A stretch of DNA of 64,000 nt, from sequence record NC_016571.1, one strand, 5' to 3'. The notes beneath the pieces were generated by a model. That model had not been told where the DNA came from, searched no databases, and saw only the letters and a program-made list of their open reading frames with translations. This document shows, piece after piece, positions 1 to 12,100 of this stretch; position 1 is the stretch's first letter, and each line of letters opens with the position of its first letter. Made by a program: the position numbers and the translations under genes.

Positions 1-3000
1 GTTACCTGAGAGGTGAACTCTTTACCATCAACCTCAAAGGTCAGGTTAAATGTGGTCTTAACGTCACGAGCCGTTGTTTCGGCTGTTTCAACATACCACA
101 GTTTTCCACCTTCGGTATCCGCAGTGATGTAAGTGTTAGGGACCATCTCAACTTTCTTGAGTTTGTCACTAGCATCTTCGCCGGCTGCGTTGGTGATGGT
201 AAATGGTAATTCATCACCAGACTGCCAGATAGAAGTGGAGATAGGTTTGTCGGTGTAAACCAGATCTTTAATCAGGTTAGGTTGAACAGTAACATTGATA
301 TCCATGGTGTCAGATTTACCGCCATAAGTGACAGTCATCTTAACAGGATAGCTCGTTTCCTGAAGAACCTCTTTGATTATCTTACACGTTACATCGGTAT
401 CAGTTAAGAAACCTTTGCGCTCCAGGATATCGGCCGGAGCAAACGTATAAGTGATCCCAGTTGTAGCTGGTTTCAGTTCAGCGCCATTCCAGGTCAACTG
501 GATAGGGATGTTAACGTCTTTGGTTTCAACCCCAGTGACATCTTGAGATTCAGGTGTTACTGCAAGAACATCATCCCATACCTCAACTTCTGGTAACCAC
601 GCATCCCAGTTTAGATGTTTGGTATTGGCAGGGTAGCCCCAGTTATTGGCGGCTTTAACCGCAATAGACGGGTGGTGGGTACCGACTGTCTTACCAACGA
701 TATTGATACGGCGGCCTTCACTGAGACCATATGGCATTACTTCATAAAGAACACCACCATCCGCTCCATTGGAGTTGGATGGATCTGGAGGACTGAGTGT
801 GTCACTAGTAGCATCTTTGCCGCGATCAGTAATGACCACATTCAACATGCTGTTCTGACCAACCTTAAGTCTGAGTTTCTCCCAACGATCGACAGAGTTC
901 GCATGAGGGCTCATCTTGAAGGCAACACCATCCCAGGCCGGAAGGTTGAATGTACCTGTTCCACTGTAGTCAGTATTGACACCGTCCACCACTAACTTAA
1001 AGTTAAATGTAACCTGAGTGGATTTAGGTGCAGTGTCAGCATAAAGAACAGCCCATGCCTTTTTGTTCACAGCAGGGGAGGTATCTGGTTTAACATAATC
1101 GTTAGCCGTTACCTTAAGTTCCGTTATCTGGGAAGTTACATCTGTTCCAGCCAACGTCACTGTAAACGGAGGAACATCACCCATCTGCCACATCGCTACC
1201 GTAATTGGGTTGTCAGTGATGACAGGAACAATCTTACTTGCTCTGAGCTTAAACTCAACAACCTGAGTCTCCCCAATCGGATACTGAACTTTCATGGAAA
1301 CACTAACGTCTCCAAGTTCACCCATACCTTTAGCATTAAAGCTATAAGTACCGTCTTCCGTTTCCTTAACAGGAGAGGTGTCGGTGGTGAAGCCTTTACC
1401 TGTAACAGTAAGTTCGGTAATTTCAATGGCGTTAATAGGAGTGGTGACTGCTCCCTGTTCCTGGGTTAACTTAAAGATAACCTTAGTCACAGAGTTGTTA
1501 AAGTAGTTGATCTTATTATCAGTAGGTGTTGCTACAAATGGGGAAGCTTCAACAATAACTGGAGTAAAGGTTCCCGGTACTGAAGCGTAACCCGTACCTT
1601 CACCATTCTTACCTTGTTTTGGTGAGACCATTCCAACTATTTCAAATCGGAATTTCTTATACGGCATCACAGGTAGGTCGATTTGGACCACACCTTGCTG
1701 GTTAGCAGTATGCCCACCAAAGGTAATGTCTTCACCAATTTTAGCGTCAGTTGCTACATCATAGAGACGTCCAACAAGACCATCGGACTTAGCCCCATTA
1801 ACAGTCCACAGAGGACCTTCCCCATAAGTAGGTTGAGACAGTTTCAATCTCAAGGATTGCGCTACGTTAGGAGTTATAGGGTCAAGCAATTCCATTGGAA
1901 TAGAAGAAGGGGTTAATGCAAATACAGTAACACCACCTGCTATACCAATACTCGGATTATCGTCTACCGCGTAAGTGGCTTTCCATAAGAAACCAACATC
2001 TTTAGCGATAGGTCCATTTAAACGTACAGTCCACGAGTTCCCGCTCTTACCCACAATGGTGATGTTTGGAGGAGTACTCGGGTCAGATGCACTTACTGAC
2101 ACTGTCAGTGTCAGGTTAGCATTCCCATTAGGAATGGCGGCGCCCTTATACGTGATTACTGGCGATACCAAAATAGTATCTCCAGCATTACCGCTCAGCA
2201 AACGTTCATATGTGTTAGGGAATTGAATACTCAACCCAGTTCCAGTATCTACCAGACACAGGACCCCGAACTGAGTTAACAGCTCGCCTTGTGTATCTCT
2301 GACAACTACGTTCTTTCTACTATTACTGATATCAGTGAAAGTCATTGAGACTTTTCTAGCATCATCGCCTACTACAACGTCAGTAGCACCAGATACGCCA
2401 TTACCAGGTTGATTCAGTAGCGCGGTGTCAGTAACGTATTCTGAAGGGTTAACCAGGATATTTCTTTTATAAAGGGAATAAGTAAATTCACCGGACTGGT
2501 TTACCGAGCTAATTACTGGAGTGTCATTCCCACCATGGATGCGTGCCTCGTAATCGGCTTTCGTCCATTTCTTAATGGTAACAGGAACATCTGCGGTTAA
2601 CGTATATGGTTTACCTGCGTGTGTACCTGATACTGTAAATTTGAATGTGCTTACTACGTCATCGCTATCAGCAGTGATGGCGGTGAACATCATGTTATTT
2701 GTTTTTGCGAGATAACTGGTATGAGTACCAGCATTATCAACGATACTATCAATAGCGAATCCGGAAGTAAGATCCCGGCCAGAGACCGGGAGAATTACTC
2801 GGAACGGTGCTTGATAGGCTGAGCCTGCCTCGACTTCGATCGGTTTGACTTCTACGATAGTAGGTTCTTCAGCTAATGCCCGCTGAACGATATTCAGCGG
2901 GACTTCATAGCTAATGAGACCCATGTACGTAAAGGTCAAGTTGAGCGAGTACGTTGCGTCTTCATCCGGGAATCCATTAAAGCCGTAGGTGATAGTATCT

Positions 3001-3116
3001 TCACCGATTTCCTTAATGAACACGTTCGGGTTGGACTCAAGTACTATAACAAGGTTTGGATCCTTGTTGCTCAACTTTTTACCGTCAACCATCAGGCTTT
3101 GTTTCATCTTAGCCAT
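1..3116 (-). CDS. Giant Ig-like/beta-sandwich repeat virion fibre protein (partial; runs off window start, >1038 aa)
   Basis: Not in the ORF track because its stop lies outside the window. ATG at 3116 with AAGGAA RBS. Translates MAKMKQSLMVDGKKLSNKDPNL... and, at spot-checked positions near base 1, ...SIWQSGDELPFTIT...KTTFNLTFEVDGKEFTSQV, the same repeat motifs as the 4079-aa protein. Confidence 0.88.
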   Translation of the reverse strand, partial: MAKMKQSLMVDGKKLSNKDPNLVIVLESNPNVFIKEIGEDTITYGFNGFPDEDATYSLNLTFTYMGLISYEVPLNIVQRALAEEPTIVEVKPIEVEAGSAYQAPFRVILPVSGRDLTSGFAIDSIVDNAGTHTSYLAKTNNMMFTAITADSDDVVSTFKFTVSGTHAGKPYTLTADVPVTIKKWTKADYEARIHGGNDTPVISSVNQSGEFTYSLYKRNILVNPSEYVTDTALLNQPGNGVSGATDVVVGDDARKVSMTFTDISNSRKNVVVRDTQGELLTQFGVLCLVDTGTGLSIQFPNTYERLLSGNAGDTILVSPVITYKGAAIPNGNANLTLTVSVSASDPSTPPNITIVGKSGNSWTVRLNGPIAKDVGFLWKATYAVDDNPSIGIAGGVTVFALTPSSIPMELLDPITPNVAQSLRLKLSQPTYGEGPLWTVNGAKSDGLVGRLYDVATDAKIGEDITFGGHTANQQGVVQIDLPVMPYKKFRFEIVGMVSPKQGKNGEGTGYASVPGTFTPVIVEASPFVATPTDNKINYFNNSVTKVIFKLTQEQGAVTTPINAIEITELTVTGKGFTTDTSPVKETEDGTYSFNAKGMGELGDVSVSMKVQYPIGETQVVEFKLRASKIVPVITDNPITVAMWQMGDVPPFTVTLAGTDVTSQITELKVTANDYVKPDTSPAVNKKAWAVLYADTAPKSTQVTFNFKLVVDGVNTDYSGTGTFNLPAWDGVAFKMSPHANSVDRWEKLRLKVGQNSMLNVVITDRGKDATSDTLSPPDPSNSNGADGGVLYEVMPYGLSEGRRINIVGKTVGTHHPSIAVKAANNWGYPANTKHLNWDAWLPEVEVWDDVLAVTPESQDVTGVETKDVNIPIQLTWNGAELKPATTGITYTFAPADILERKGFLTDTDVTCKIIKEVLQETSYPVKMTVTYGGKSDTMDINVTVQPNLIKDLVYTDKPISTSIWQSGDELPFTITNAAGEDASDKLKKVEMVPNTYITADTEGGKLWYVETAETTARDVKTTFNLTFEVDGKEFTSQV

Positions 3117-3149
3117 TAGTTACAGTTCCTTTATTACAGGGTTGCTAGT

Positions 3150-6100
3150 TTAAGCGGATACTGATTGCTTAACCGTAGCAGGGTGATATACGTCACCAAT
3201 GACGTCAGTCTCGAAATCATCGGAAGGAGTTAAGGTTGCCGGGAGTATACGAACGTTGAGTGTTACGTCAGCGAAGTCACTACCCTCGATAGCGTTACCT
3301 GAATCCACGATAGCTTTAACTCTAACTGTGATGTCTTCAGTACCAACAACATCGCCAGTGTAAGTCAAGAGCAGACCATCGTCAGTTGCTTTCTCTACCT
3401 TGGTAACGGTGATAATACCTTTACCATCAATAGTAGCAATGTCGACAGTTGTATCAGGGTACAGTTTGCCATCACCAAAAGATCCGCCGATGTGAATCTG
3501 ACCGGTCTTACCTACAACTCCTACGCTGTCTTCGGCGACAGGTTTCAGGAGCTTACCGTTCCAACCCTTGACAGTGAACTTCACAGTTTGCTTCAAGGTT
3601 ACCAGGTCAATACCAGTACCATAGGTAACGGTAAATTCTGGCATCACGGTACTTTCTGCCGTGGCTGCATCGTAGACTTCCCAAGTGTTACCTTCGCCTT
3701 TACGTACGTAGCTATTGGCGGAGATCCCAGTGAGAGTACAATCAGCAGTAATATCATTTCCTTTGAACATTACTTTAAATGGCAGTTCGCCTTTATCCCA
3801 GATCTTAGCTACAACGTCTTGGACGTCAGTAATTTCTGGAGTCGCAGCTGGTTGCTGGGTCACTGACAGGTCAAACTTCCCACTATAAATAGGTGGAGTT
3901 TTCGCCGCTACTGTTGTTGATATAACAGTGTGAACCGCAGAATCGACATCTGCCAAGAATCTGACTTTAAAACTATCGACTTTACCAGAACCCGGCACAT
4001 ATTCGATAACCCCAGCTGGTAAGAACGTAATTCCATTTTTCGCTTCAGAGTAATCCAGCCTTGTGTTACTGGTGTAACCAATCACATTAACAGTAAGTTC
4101 GTCACCCAACTTACCAGTGACAGCATTAGGTCCCTCTATGAAGATGTATGCAGGGCTGCTGTATATACTTATCGGTACTCGTATTTTAGCCTGCTGTTTA
4201 GGATCGGTAGAGCCAGTTACCTTAGCTGTAACATCAATCCAAGAAGCAGCATGGGCATTCCTATTCGGAGTGAATTGGTAAATCAACGCCGGACCAGTAC
4301 CAGCATACACAGTAGGACCTGACATCGATCCTCCCTGACCTAACGCGACATGAGTTAATGAGGAAACAGGTTCTCCTTTATAGATACCGGCCACTCTCAA
4401 TGTTGCATTATTCCCACCGCCACTGGAAACCGCCATGGTGTTTCCGTTGTTTCCATCTCCGGTCACTCTCAAGACTAATTCAATTCCATCATACTTCCCG
4501 ATGTTGAACAGAACTTTTTGAGTCGGAGACTTCGTTACTTTACCGCTATTAACAGTAATGGTGTAGGTTACTTCCTCAGTCACTGCCTGTGTTTGATCAC
4601 CAGCAATAATCTTCCATGGCTTAGTGATTAGAGGACCAGCCTCAACACGGTTGTTAGGAGACACCACAGAAATACCAGTAATCCATTTAGCTGGAATCTC
4701 ATTACCACCAATCGCAGTTTTCACTTTGAATGGTAATTCAGTACCTTTATCCCAAACCTTCCCATCGATAGATTTAACATCAGTGACAATGAAGTTACCA
4801 TCCCAAGCTTTCAGATGGAACGTTACATCAGTACTGAGGTTAACTGCGGAAGCACCAGAAGGAACAGACACAGTCATCTTAACTACGACATCTGTATCAG
4901 CTGCTGGAGCATTCAGCACTTGCCATTTACCATCTACCAGACCAATGTAATCATTGGCTGAAATAGTGGTCAATGTCACAGTTGATGTTTTATCAACACC
5001 ATCTAAAGTCACTTTGAATGGCAGAGGTCCAGTATCACCCAGAGACGCGGTGACTTCCTGAACATCTTCTACTTCTGGGAAAGTGATGTTACTGATCTGA
5101 GTAGCAGCAACAGTGAACCATGCGAACTTATCTTCACCACCGACTTTACCAAACCCGATAAGAGCATCCTTGGTTATCTTAGGATCGGTAGTCAGCTCGC
5201 TTTCGAACCAAACGCTAATTTGGGTGGTAGTTACGTTGGCACCATTACTGGTGATCAACGGTCCTTTAACCCAGCTCGCACCACCATGTGTCAGGACAAC
5301 AGGGGTGAGTCCGTAGCGGATAGAGAATGCTAACGGATACTTCAGCGCATTGGTAGGTGAGTAACGACCTTCTACAGCAGTTGGTTGTACCACGTCAGTA
5401 CGAGGGTAATACTTGTCGGAATAATACACGTAGCAAGGGAGTTTAACCTTCACGTAGTCAACGTTCTCAACTGCGTTTGGATCATTCTCTTTGCTCAGTA
5501 ACCCGAACAGGAAATACCCGTCCTCGCTCGCCATCATATCCGTAGCGCCTGCTGTAGTGTACACAGGTTGGAATGACGGACTAGCTCCGGCTCCGGCACC
5601 TTGCAGTTTCAGGGTATGACCAGGCATGGTTATGTTTTTAGCCCAGACGCCGTACTTAACGCCTAGGTCAGCAGCGACCATTGCTCTGGTACGATAGGAC
5701 CCTTTAACGTAGAAAGTACCTTGAGCGCCAACGGTAGTAACCATCCCACCATTAAACGCATTAGGGGTATGGAGTTCAACCGCAAACTCTTTACCGTCAT
5801 ATGGCCTGATGGTAAACTGACTGGTTACCTCAAGAGTGACATCTTTAAATCCATCATTAAACACAGCAATAAACGTAACTGGCGTAACTACCCCAGCGGC
5901 CGTACCGTTGTATACTTCCCAGACGACAGTTCTAGGGTTTGCTGGATTATAATCAGGGTTTGTTCTGACATAATCATTTTGTTTAACGGTAACTGATTTG
6001 TACTGGTTTAGGGAGACAGCTTTACCGTTATGTTCAATATCGAACAGCGCGGCACCTATTTGCCAGACGTCAACAGTTGGATTCGTTATGTTCTTAGGTA

Positions 6101-9100
6101 TGGTGGTGTCACCAGCGCCTGTACCTTTAATGAGAACTTCCTGATCCCATTCGATAGTAGCGTTGATTAATCTAGCATTGTAATAAGGGAGATTCAATCT
6201 CATCTTAACAACAATGACTTGATCTTCACCACGGTTATCCGCAAGGATTTTAATTCTTGCAGTAGTGGGTGTTACTGGCGCAGCTGTTTTTAGTACCTCA
6301 ACCAAAGTTCCATTGGTAAGAACACTGAAACCAAATTGGTTACTCTGTGCTCCAGGCAAGCTGTTTCGCTCAATGTTGAGACCCATACTTAACGGAATAG
6401 GGATATCAACAATATCGTCCTTTTTACCTTCTACCTGTACAGGCGGAATGTTATCAGGGAACCAATACAGCTTCTCCTCATACCCCACCATTTCACTGGT
6501 TTCTTCAATGATTACCTTGTTCTTCTCAGGATCTGGATCAGCATCTGGTCCGGTATAATAAACCGGATACCGTACTTTACCAATAAACTGACTGATTACT
6601 TTAAAGGAGAATACACCCCAGTTAGCCGGGCTGTTAGACCCACGGGTAGCAAACTGCAAGCCTGGGTTCAATTGCTCGAACTCAGCTTTAGGAATATCCC
6701 ATGTTGACAGGTTATTCATACTAACACTTCTTCCCTTATATTCCAACAGCAGGGACATACCTCCTGTCTGGTTATAAGGAATTTGCCTATTGCCAACACC
6801 GCTAAAGTTAGTCACTACCAGATCTTTACCATCCCAAGCTTCGATGGTAAACGGAACCTCTGCTTCCATAGGGAATGAGCGAACACCGTCAGTGAATGTG
6901 AAGATATACTTCGCAGTCAGCTGCTTCTCAGTTGGATCTGCTTTCACACATGTCCAAAGAGCACTAGGGTCCTTTTTATACTCAAGGTATCCGTCTGATT
7001 CGAGAACGGCATCATTCATCCAACCAGTGGTATAGGTCGGGGTAATTACCTGACCCTGATAACTAACTTTAAATCCAGCAGCACCACCACTCTTATACAT
7101 CCTGGTAGTTTGCGGAGTTATCTCCACAATTTCGGGAACTGGATCAACACCACCAGTACCTTTGATCAATACCTTTTGATCATACTCAAGAGTATAGGTT
7201 CTCCCAGATACAGGAGACCATGACAAGCGAATAGGTAAGACAGTCTCAATATCGGAACCAGTGTTGTTATACGCGATTTTGATAGTGAAGAAGTCAAGAC
7301 CTTTATCGTTAGTGCCGGTGCTGATCGTAGCAAGTGCGGTATTCAGACTGGTGACAGTAAATGTCTCGCCAGCTGTGTTGCCCGCCATGTTGACTTGGAT
7401 TGCAGGACCGAACATTAAACCATTGGTAGGAACTTTAACCGATGCCTGATATGCACCTGAAACCTCAGCTGGAGGAAGATCATCTTTCCATGTCAACTTA
7501 GGATCAAAGGCAACATACTTGACAGGTATCTCGGCGGAGTTCTTTTTGTCGGTACCCAATGGATATCCGTTAATCGGAGACGTGTTAGCAGAGTTCCAAT
7601 TCCACTCTAACCCTAACTTACCAAGATGCTCCCCTACCTTGTTGGCTTTAAGCTGTGCGTTTACTGAAGTACCATTACCACCGCCTGACTTCCAAGTATA
7701 GATTCCATCAGACGTAGAGTTAATTTTACTTTGGTTAACAAGAGCCGATGCGTTAGATATAGGAGCGTTAGTAGCGACTAGTGTGTTAGGTACGTAATTT
7801 GCACCAAGTGCTCTCCCCACAAGAACGACGGAACCTGAATAACTATCAGCGGCGCTATAAGGGAATGCAATGATTAAATTACCATCTTGGTCGTATACCG
7901 CAGGTTTTGCTTGACCACCGACGTTCTGATGGAACGCCTGAAGCGTTTGGACTTCAATCTTGAATTGGATTTGGTCCCAAGCAACAGTGCTAACCTTCTG
8001 AACAACAGTTAGATCTTTAGTCCCATAACGGGCAGAAGTTCTAACTTTGAAGGTCAACTCAACTTCTGAATCTGCGACGTCACACTTAAGCAGTAACCAC
8101 GTAGGTCCGGCTGTCCAAGCTACACCACCCCAACTACCCGCTGAAGCGCCCGCAGTACCAACGTTCAGTTTGGCAACAGCCTCGGTATTTTCGTCACCAA
8201 TGATTCCATTAGGGCCTGCAACGGAAATCAAAGTAACGTCAGTGGCTGTAATGTCTACATCACCGGACATCACTTTAAATGGCAGGTTATAACGACGGAA
8301 GACCAGTTTCGGATCACCAGGGTTCGGAACAGTCTCCAACTCAGGAGTCATCGTTACAGCTGGCTTCACACGGTTTACAGCATCGCGACCTTCTTCAGCC
8401 GGTAAAAGCTCGGTATACCAAACAAAGTTCATCACACCGTTATAACTGAGTTTAGTCTTCAGTTTCAGGTAAGTGATTCCGGCGTCTACTCTCTGACCCA
8501 TGACTTCAAAGTACTTAGTCAATGGTTCATTAAGGTTAGCCGTCTTTGTCTCGTCTACTGCAAGGTAACCTGTCAAGTGAGGTTTGCCGTACAGAGCTAA
8601 TCCGAATGGAACTTCAAACTCCTCACCGACCTTCTTAGTAAGTTGAGTGAATGTATTCGGGGTACACGTAAATTGCGCAATCGGTCCCGGCCAGTTCCAG
8701 TTGGTATCAATAGCAGCCGTGCCATCCACCCAACCACCACGGAATGGTGCTTTGAAAGTGAATACGTGATCTTTGTAAGATCCGGCTGTGTCGCCTGGGG
8801 CTTTACCTATGATGAATAACTGGTTCTTTGATGTCGCTGGGAAATCTGGGTTCAGTATCATCCAACCGAACTGGTCTGGCGTAGGAGTCAGCGTGAGGAA
8901 TTGACATTGCTCACTAATATCAACGCCATTAGCTCTGATCCAGTTAGGGATCTTGACAGACTTATATAAGCTATCATAAATCGAGAAACCGCCAGATCTT
9001 GGCTGCCAGCGTGGATAGTCATCCGGGTCCTGAATCTGAACACGTTGTTCAGCAGTTCCTTTATGCACACGGTTAGTAGCCGGGTTGGTGTACACGAACT

Positions 9101-12100
9101 CCAACAGAGTTCCGAAGATCTCTTTTGGTTTATCCAGAGGAGCTGTGATCTCGTAGGTCATGTCAGTAGCAGAACGAGCAGTAATTCTGAAGATATCCTC
9201 ATTGGCCGGTGTAATGGTCAAATCAGGATCGTTCAGAGGGATGCTCTTACCAGATAACACAACACGGTTGTTACCTGAGCTACGGATGTCCTGGTTACCA
9301 GCTAAGATTGGGTTCGTCAGTCCAGTGATTACCAGTGGAGGTGTGACTATTTCCAAATCAAAGTTAACAACAGCATAGTCCAAATCAGCAACACCAGGAG
9401 TAGGTCCGCCAGCACGTCTGAACGTGATAGGGATCGTCTCTTTGCCAGGATCCAGAGCACGGCAGGTATAGGTAGTCGTAGTACCGTTAGTGGTAACGGA
9501 CTTAACTTCCATCAGCCCTTTCCAATCGGTTAATGTTTCATCGATCAGGTTAGTGGTCTGAATAGTGGCACGGTAGCGCTGACTAACGGTGAAAGTAAAA
9601 TCAGTATCAACGTTAGGGGTAGCTGGGTTACCTGCTGTGAATGCAACGCGGAATGTTCTTCCATCCCAAGGTTCAACCCACCAGAAGGTATCGATGTCAG
9701 CAGTGTACTCCCAGTTACGATACGTCGCGTAGAAACGGAACGGAACGACCTGGTTAGCAATACCACCTACTTCAGAACCTTCGACAGTACACTGACGAGT
9801 CAGCGTGTTGTCAATCCATACGTATTTGCCTTTACCCGTTTCGGTATAGTCGATACGCTGTAATGGATATGTGGTGTTAACAATAGTAGTATCAGCACAA
9901 GTCAGGATCGGAGAAACAACCTGTGAAGACCACATTGTCTTAGGTGTTACTGAGCTACCAAATGTGTTACCACTGAGCGCTGTCGGCTTAGGCGTCGTAT
10001 AGCTCATTGGAATTTCAATACGTCTGGTGTAGTTCGTACCACCAAATCTGTACGTCACATTTAAGAAGTCAGACACGTTAACAGTTTGGCCTGGAGCAAC
10101 TGGACCGAACAGTTCATAGTCGAATGAGTCAGCATGCCACGTTTTAGGATTCAGAACAAATGCGTTAGGCATTGTAGAGGCGCCAGTCTCACGAGTGATC
10201 GTCAGGTTCCCAGCAGCAATCTCTTTCTGAATATCCAAAGGTAACAGACCGAACAACAGTTCGAGTTTGTAAGTACCTGTGTCTTTGTGAGTCCCTGTTA
10301 ACAGGTTATCACGTTCACCTACTTCTAACGTCAGTTCACCCAGAACACGAGTATCAAGAGTTAACTCTACAACGTCACGTGGTTTAGGATTAGTACCGGC
10401 GTCAGGAGACCAGAAGACTACCTTAGTCTGAGCAACACCACCTTTCTTACCAGTAAAGGTAATCTCGTGGAGAATGCCATTGACGATAGCTTGCTTCACT
10501 TCCACTTGTGCTGGAATGGTTGACAGGTCTTGTTTAAAGGTAGCGCGAGAACCAACGTTCTGATCTTTATAGACAGGGCGGAAACTCAAGGTCACATCAG
10601 AGTCAATACCAGTTTCGATCTTACTCGGCGTGGCAATAACTTTAAACCGTACAGAGGTAGAGCCTGTGATGCGGAATGTGGCTTCAAATGCGATGACTTG
10701 CAGTTCAGCAACAGCGTCTACTTTATAGTAAGCGCGCATCGGAATGACTTGATTACCTGTGGTCGGTTCAGCACCAATGATTTCATAACCACGTGGTGGG
10801 GTCAGTTCCACATACCTGTTATCCGGGGTGACCAGTTCAAAGTGGTCAATGGCTACCGCTGATTCAGGTGTTTTAAGACCTTGCCAGAAGCTACCTTTAT
10901 CCCAGATGTTAACAGCATGGTAATCATCGTTGTTGGTTACTTCAACTTCACCCATGGTAATTTTGGCTGTGAAATTGAAAGATGCAGTCTTAGGTGTTGG
11001 AGCACCTACTTCGTACTCGATGTCGAGTACGAAGTTAAAGGTTTCAATACCACCAGGAACGTTGGAACGCTCACCTTTGATATAGATACCGTTAGAAGAC
11101 TTACCACCAACAGAAACGTAGTTATCACCTGCTCCATTCAGACCAGTGATTGTGTACTTCAAACCAGGGGCGTTCGCAGGGAGGTCATACTCACCATACT
11201 TCAGATTCAAAGTAAGGAGGTCGGTACCTTTCCAGAACATCTCTGTCTTATCACCATGATCGCCTAAGGTAAAGACTTCATCGCTTGAAACAGACTTGAC
11301 TGGAACTGTTAACGTTAACTGGTCCATGCCTTCCACTGGAGTAGCTCCAGCAGTTGCCATTTTAAATACAAACTTAGCAGTGTCTTCTGCTTGACCTACC
11401 AGGGTGTAAGTTACCTTACCAGTCTCTGGGTCATACGGAAGAACAGCCAGGTTCTTTGGAATCACAGTGTTGGTGTCATCAAGGACTGATTCAGTATACG
11501 GCTTACCTTTGTAAGTAAACTCGAACTGAAGGTCACCCGCCATACCAGCTTTACCATCTAACTTCAATGGTGCAACTTCACCTTTATAGTCAATACCGTC
11601 GAACTTAGCGATATCGAACAACACAGATGCGTCAATGGTTCTTCTTAAACCACCATTGTCATAAGTCAGCGTTAATGGTAATGACGCCTCGATTGGTTGG
11701 GTTTTGGAACCCTGAACAACGTACCAACCTTGTGGTTCTTCAAATGCAATATAAGGACTCGTACCACGTGGAACGTATTCCTGAATCTCCACGTTAAGAC
11801 CACGTTCATCGGCCAGACGAATTTTAATATCGCCATAGTCGTAAACGTTAACGTTCTCAACTGGGTTACGTTGAATCTCTACACGAGAGATACGAATCGT
11901 CCCAACCTGATCAAGAACTACGGTCTGCGGCTGACCAGTACCAACATCATTCCAAACGAGAGTGATCGTTGTCGGATACGTGTAGTCAGTGTCTTCATCC
12001 CCGCCTGCATCGAGAGAAAGCAGCAGTGATTCACCACGCATTTCAACTACGGAGATCGGATCAGCATCACCAGCATCGAAAGTAACTGACAGATTAGCGT

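Noticed and set aside
3117-3152. Stop-codon readthrough fusing the two giant in-frame genes
   Set aside because: Two in-frame TAA codons and a dedicated RBS for the second gene make readthrough unlikely.
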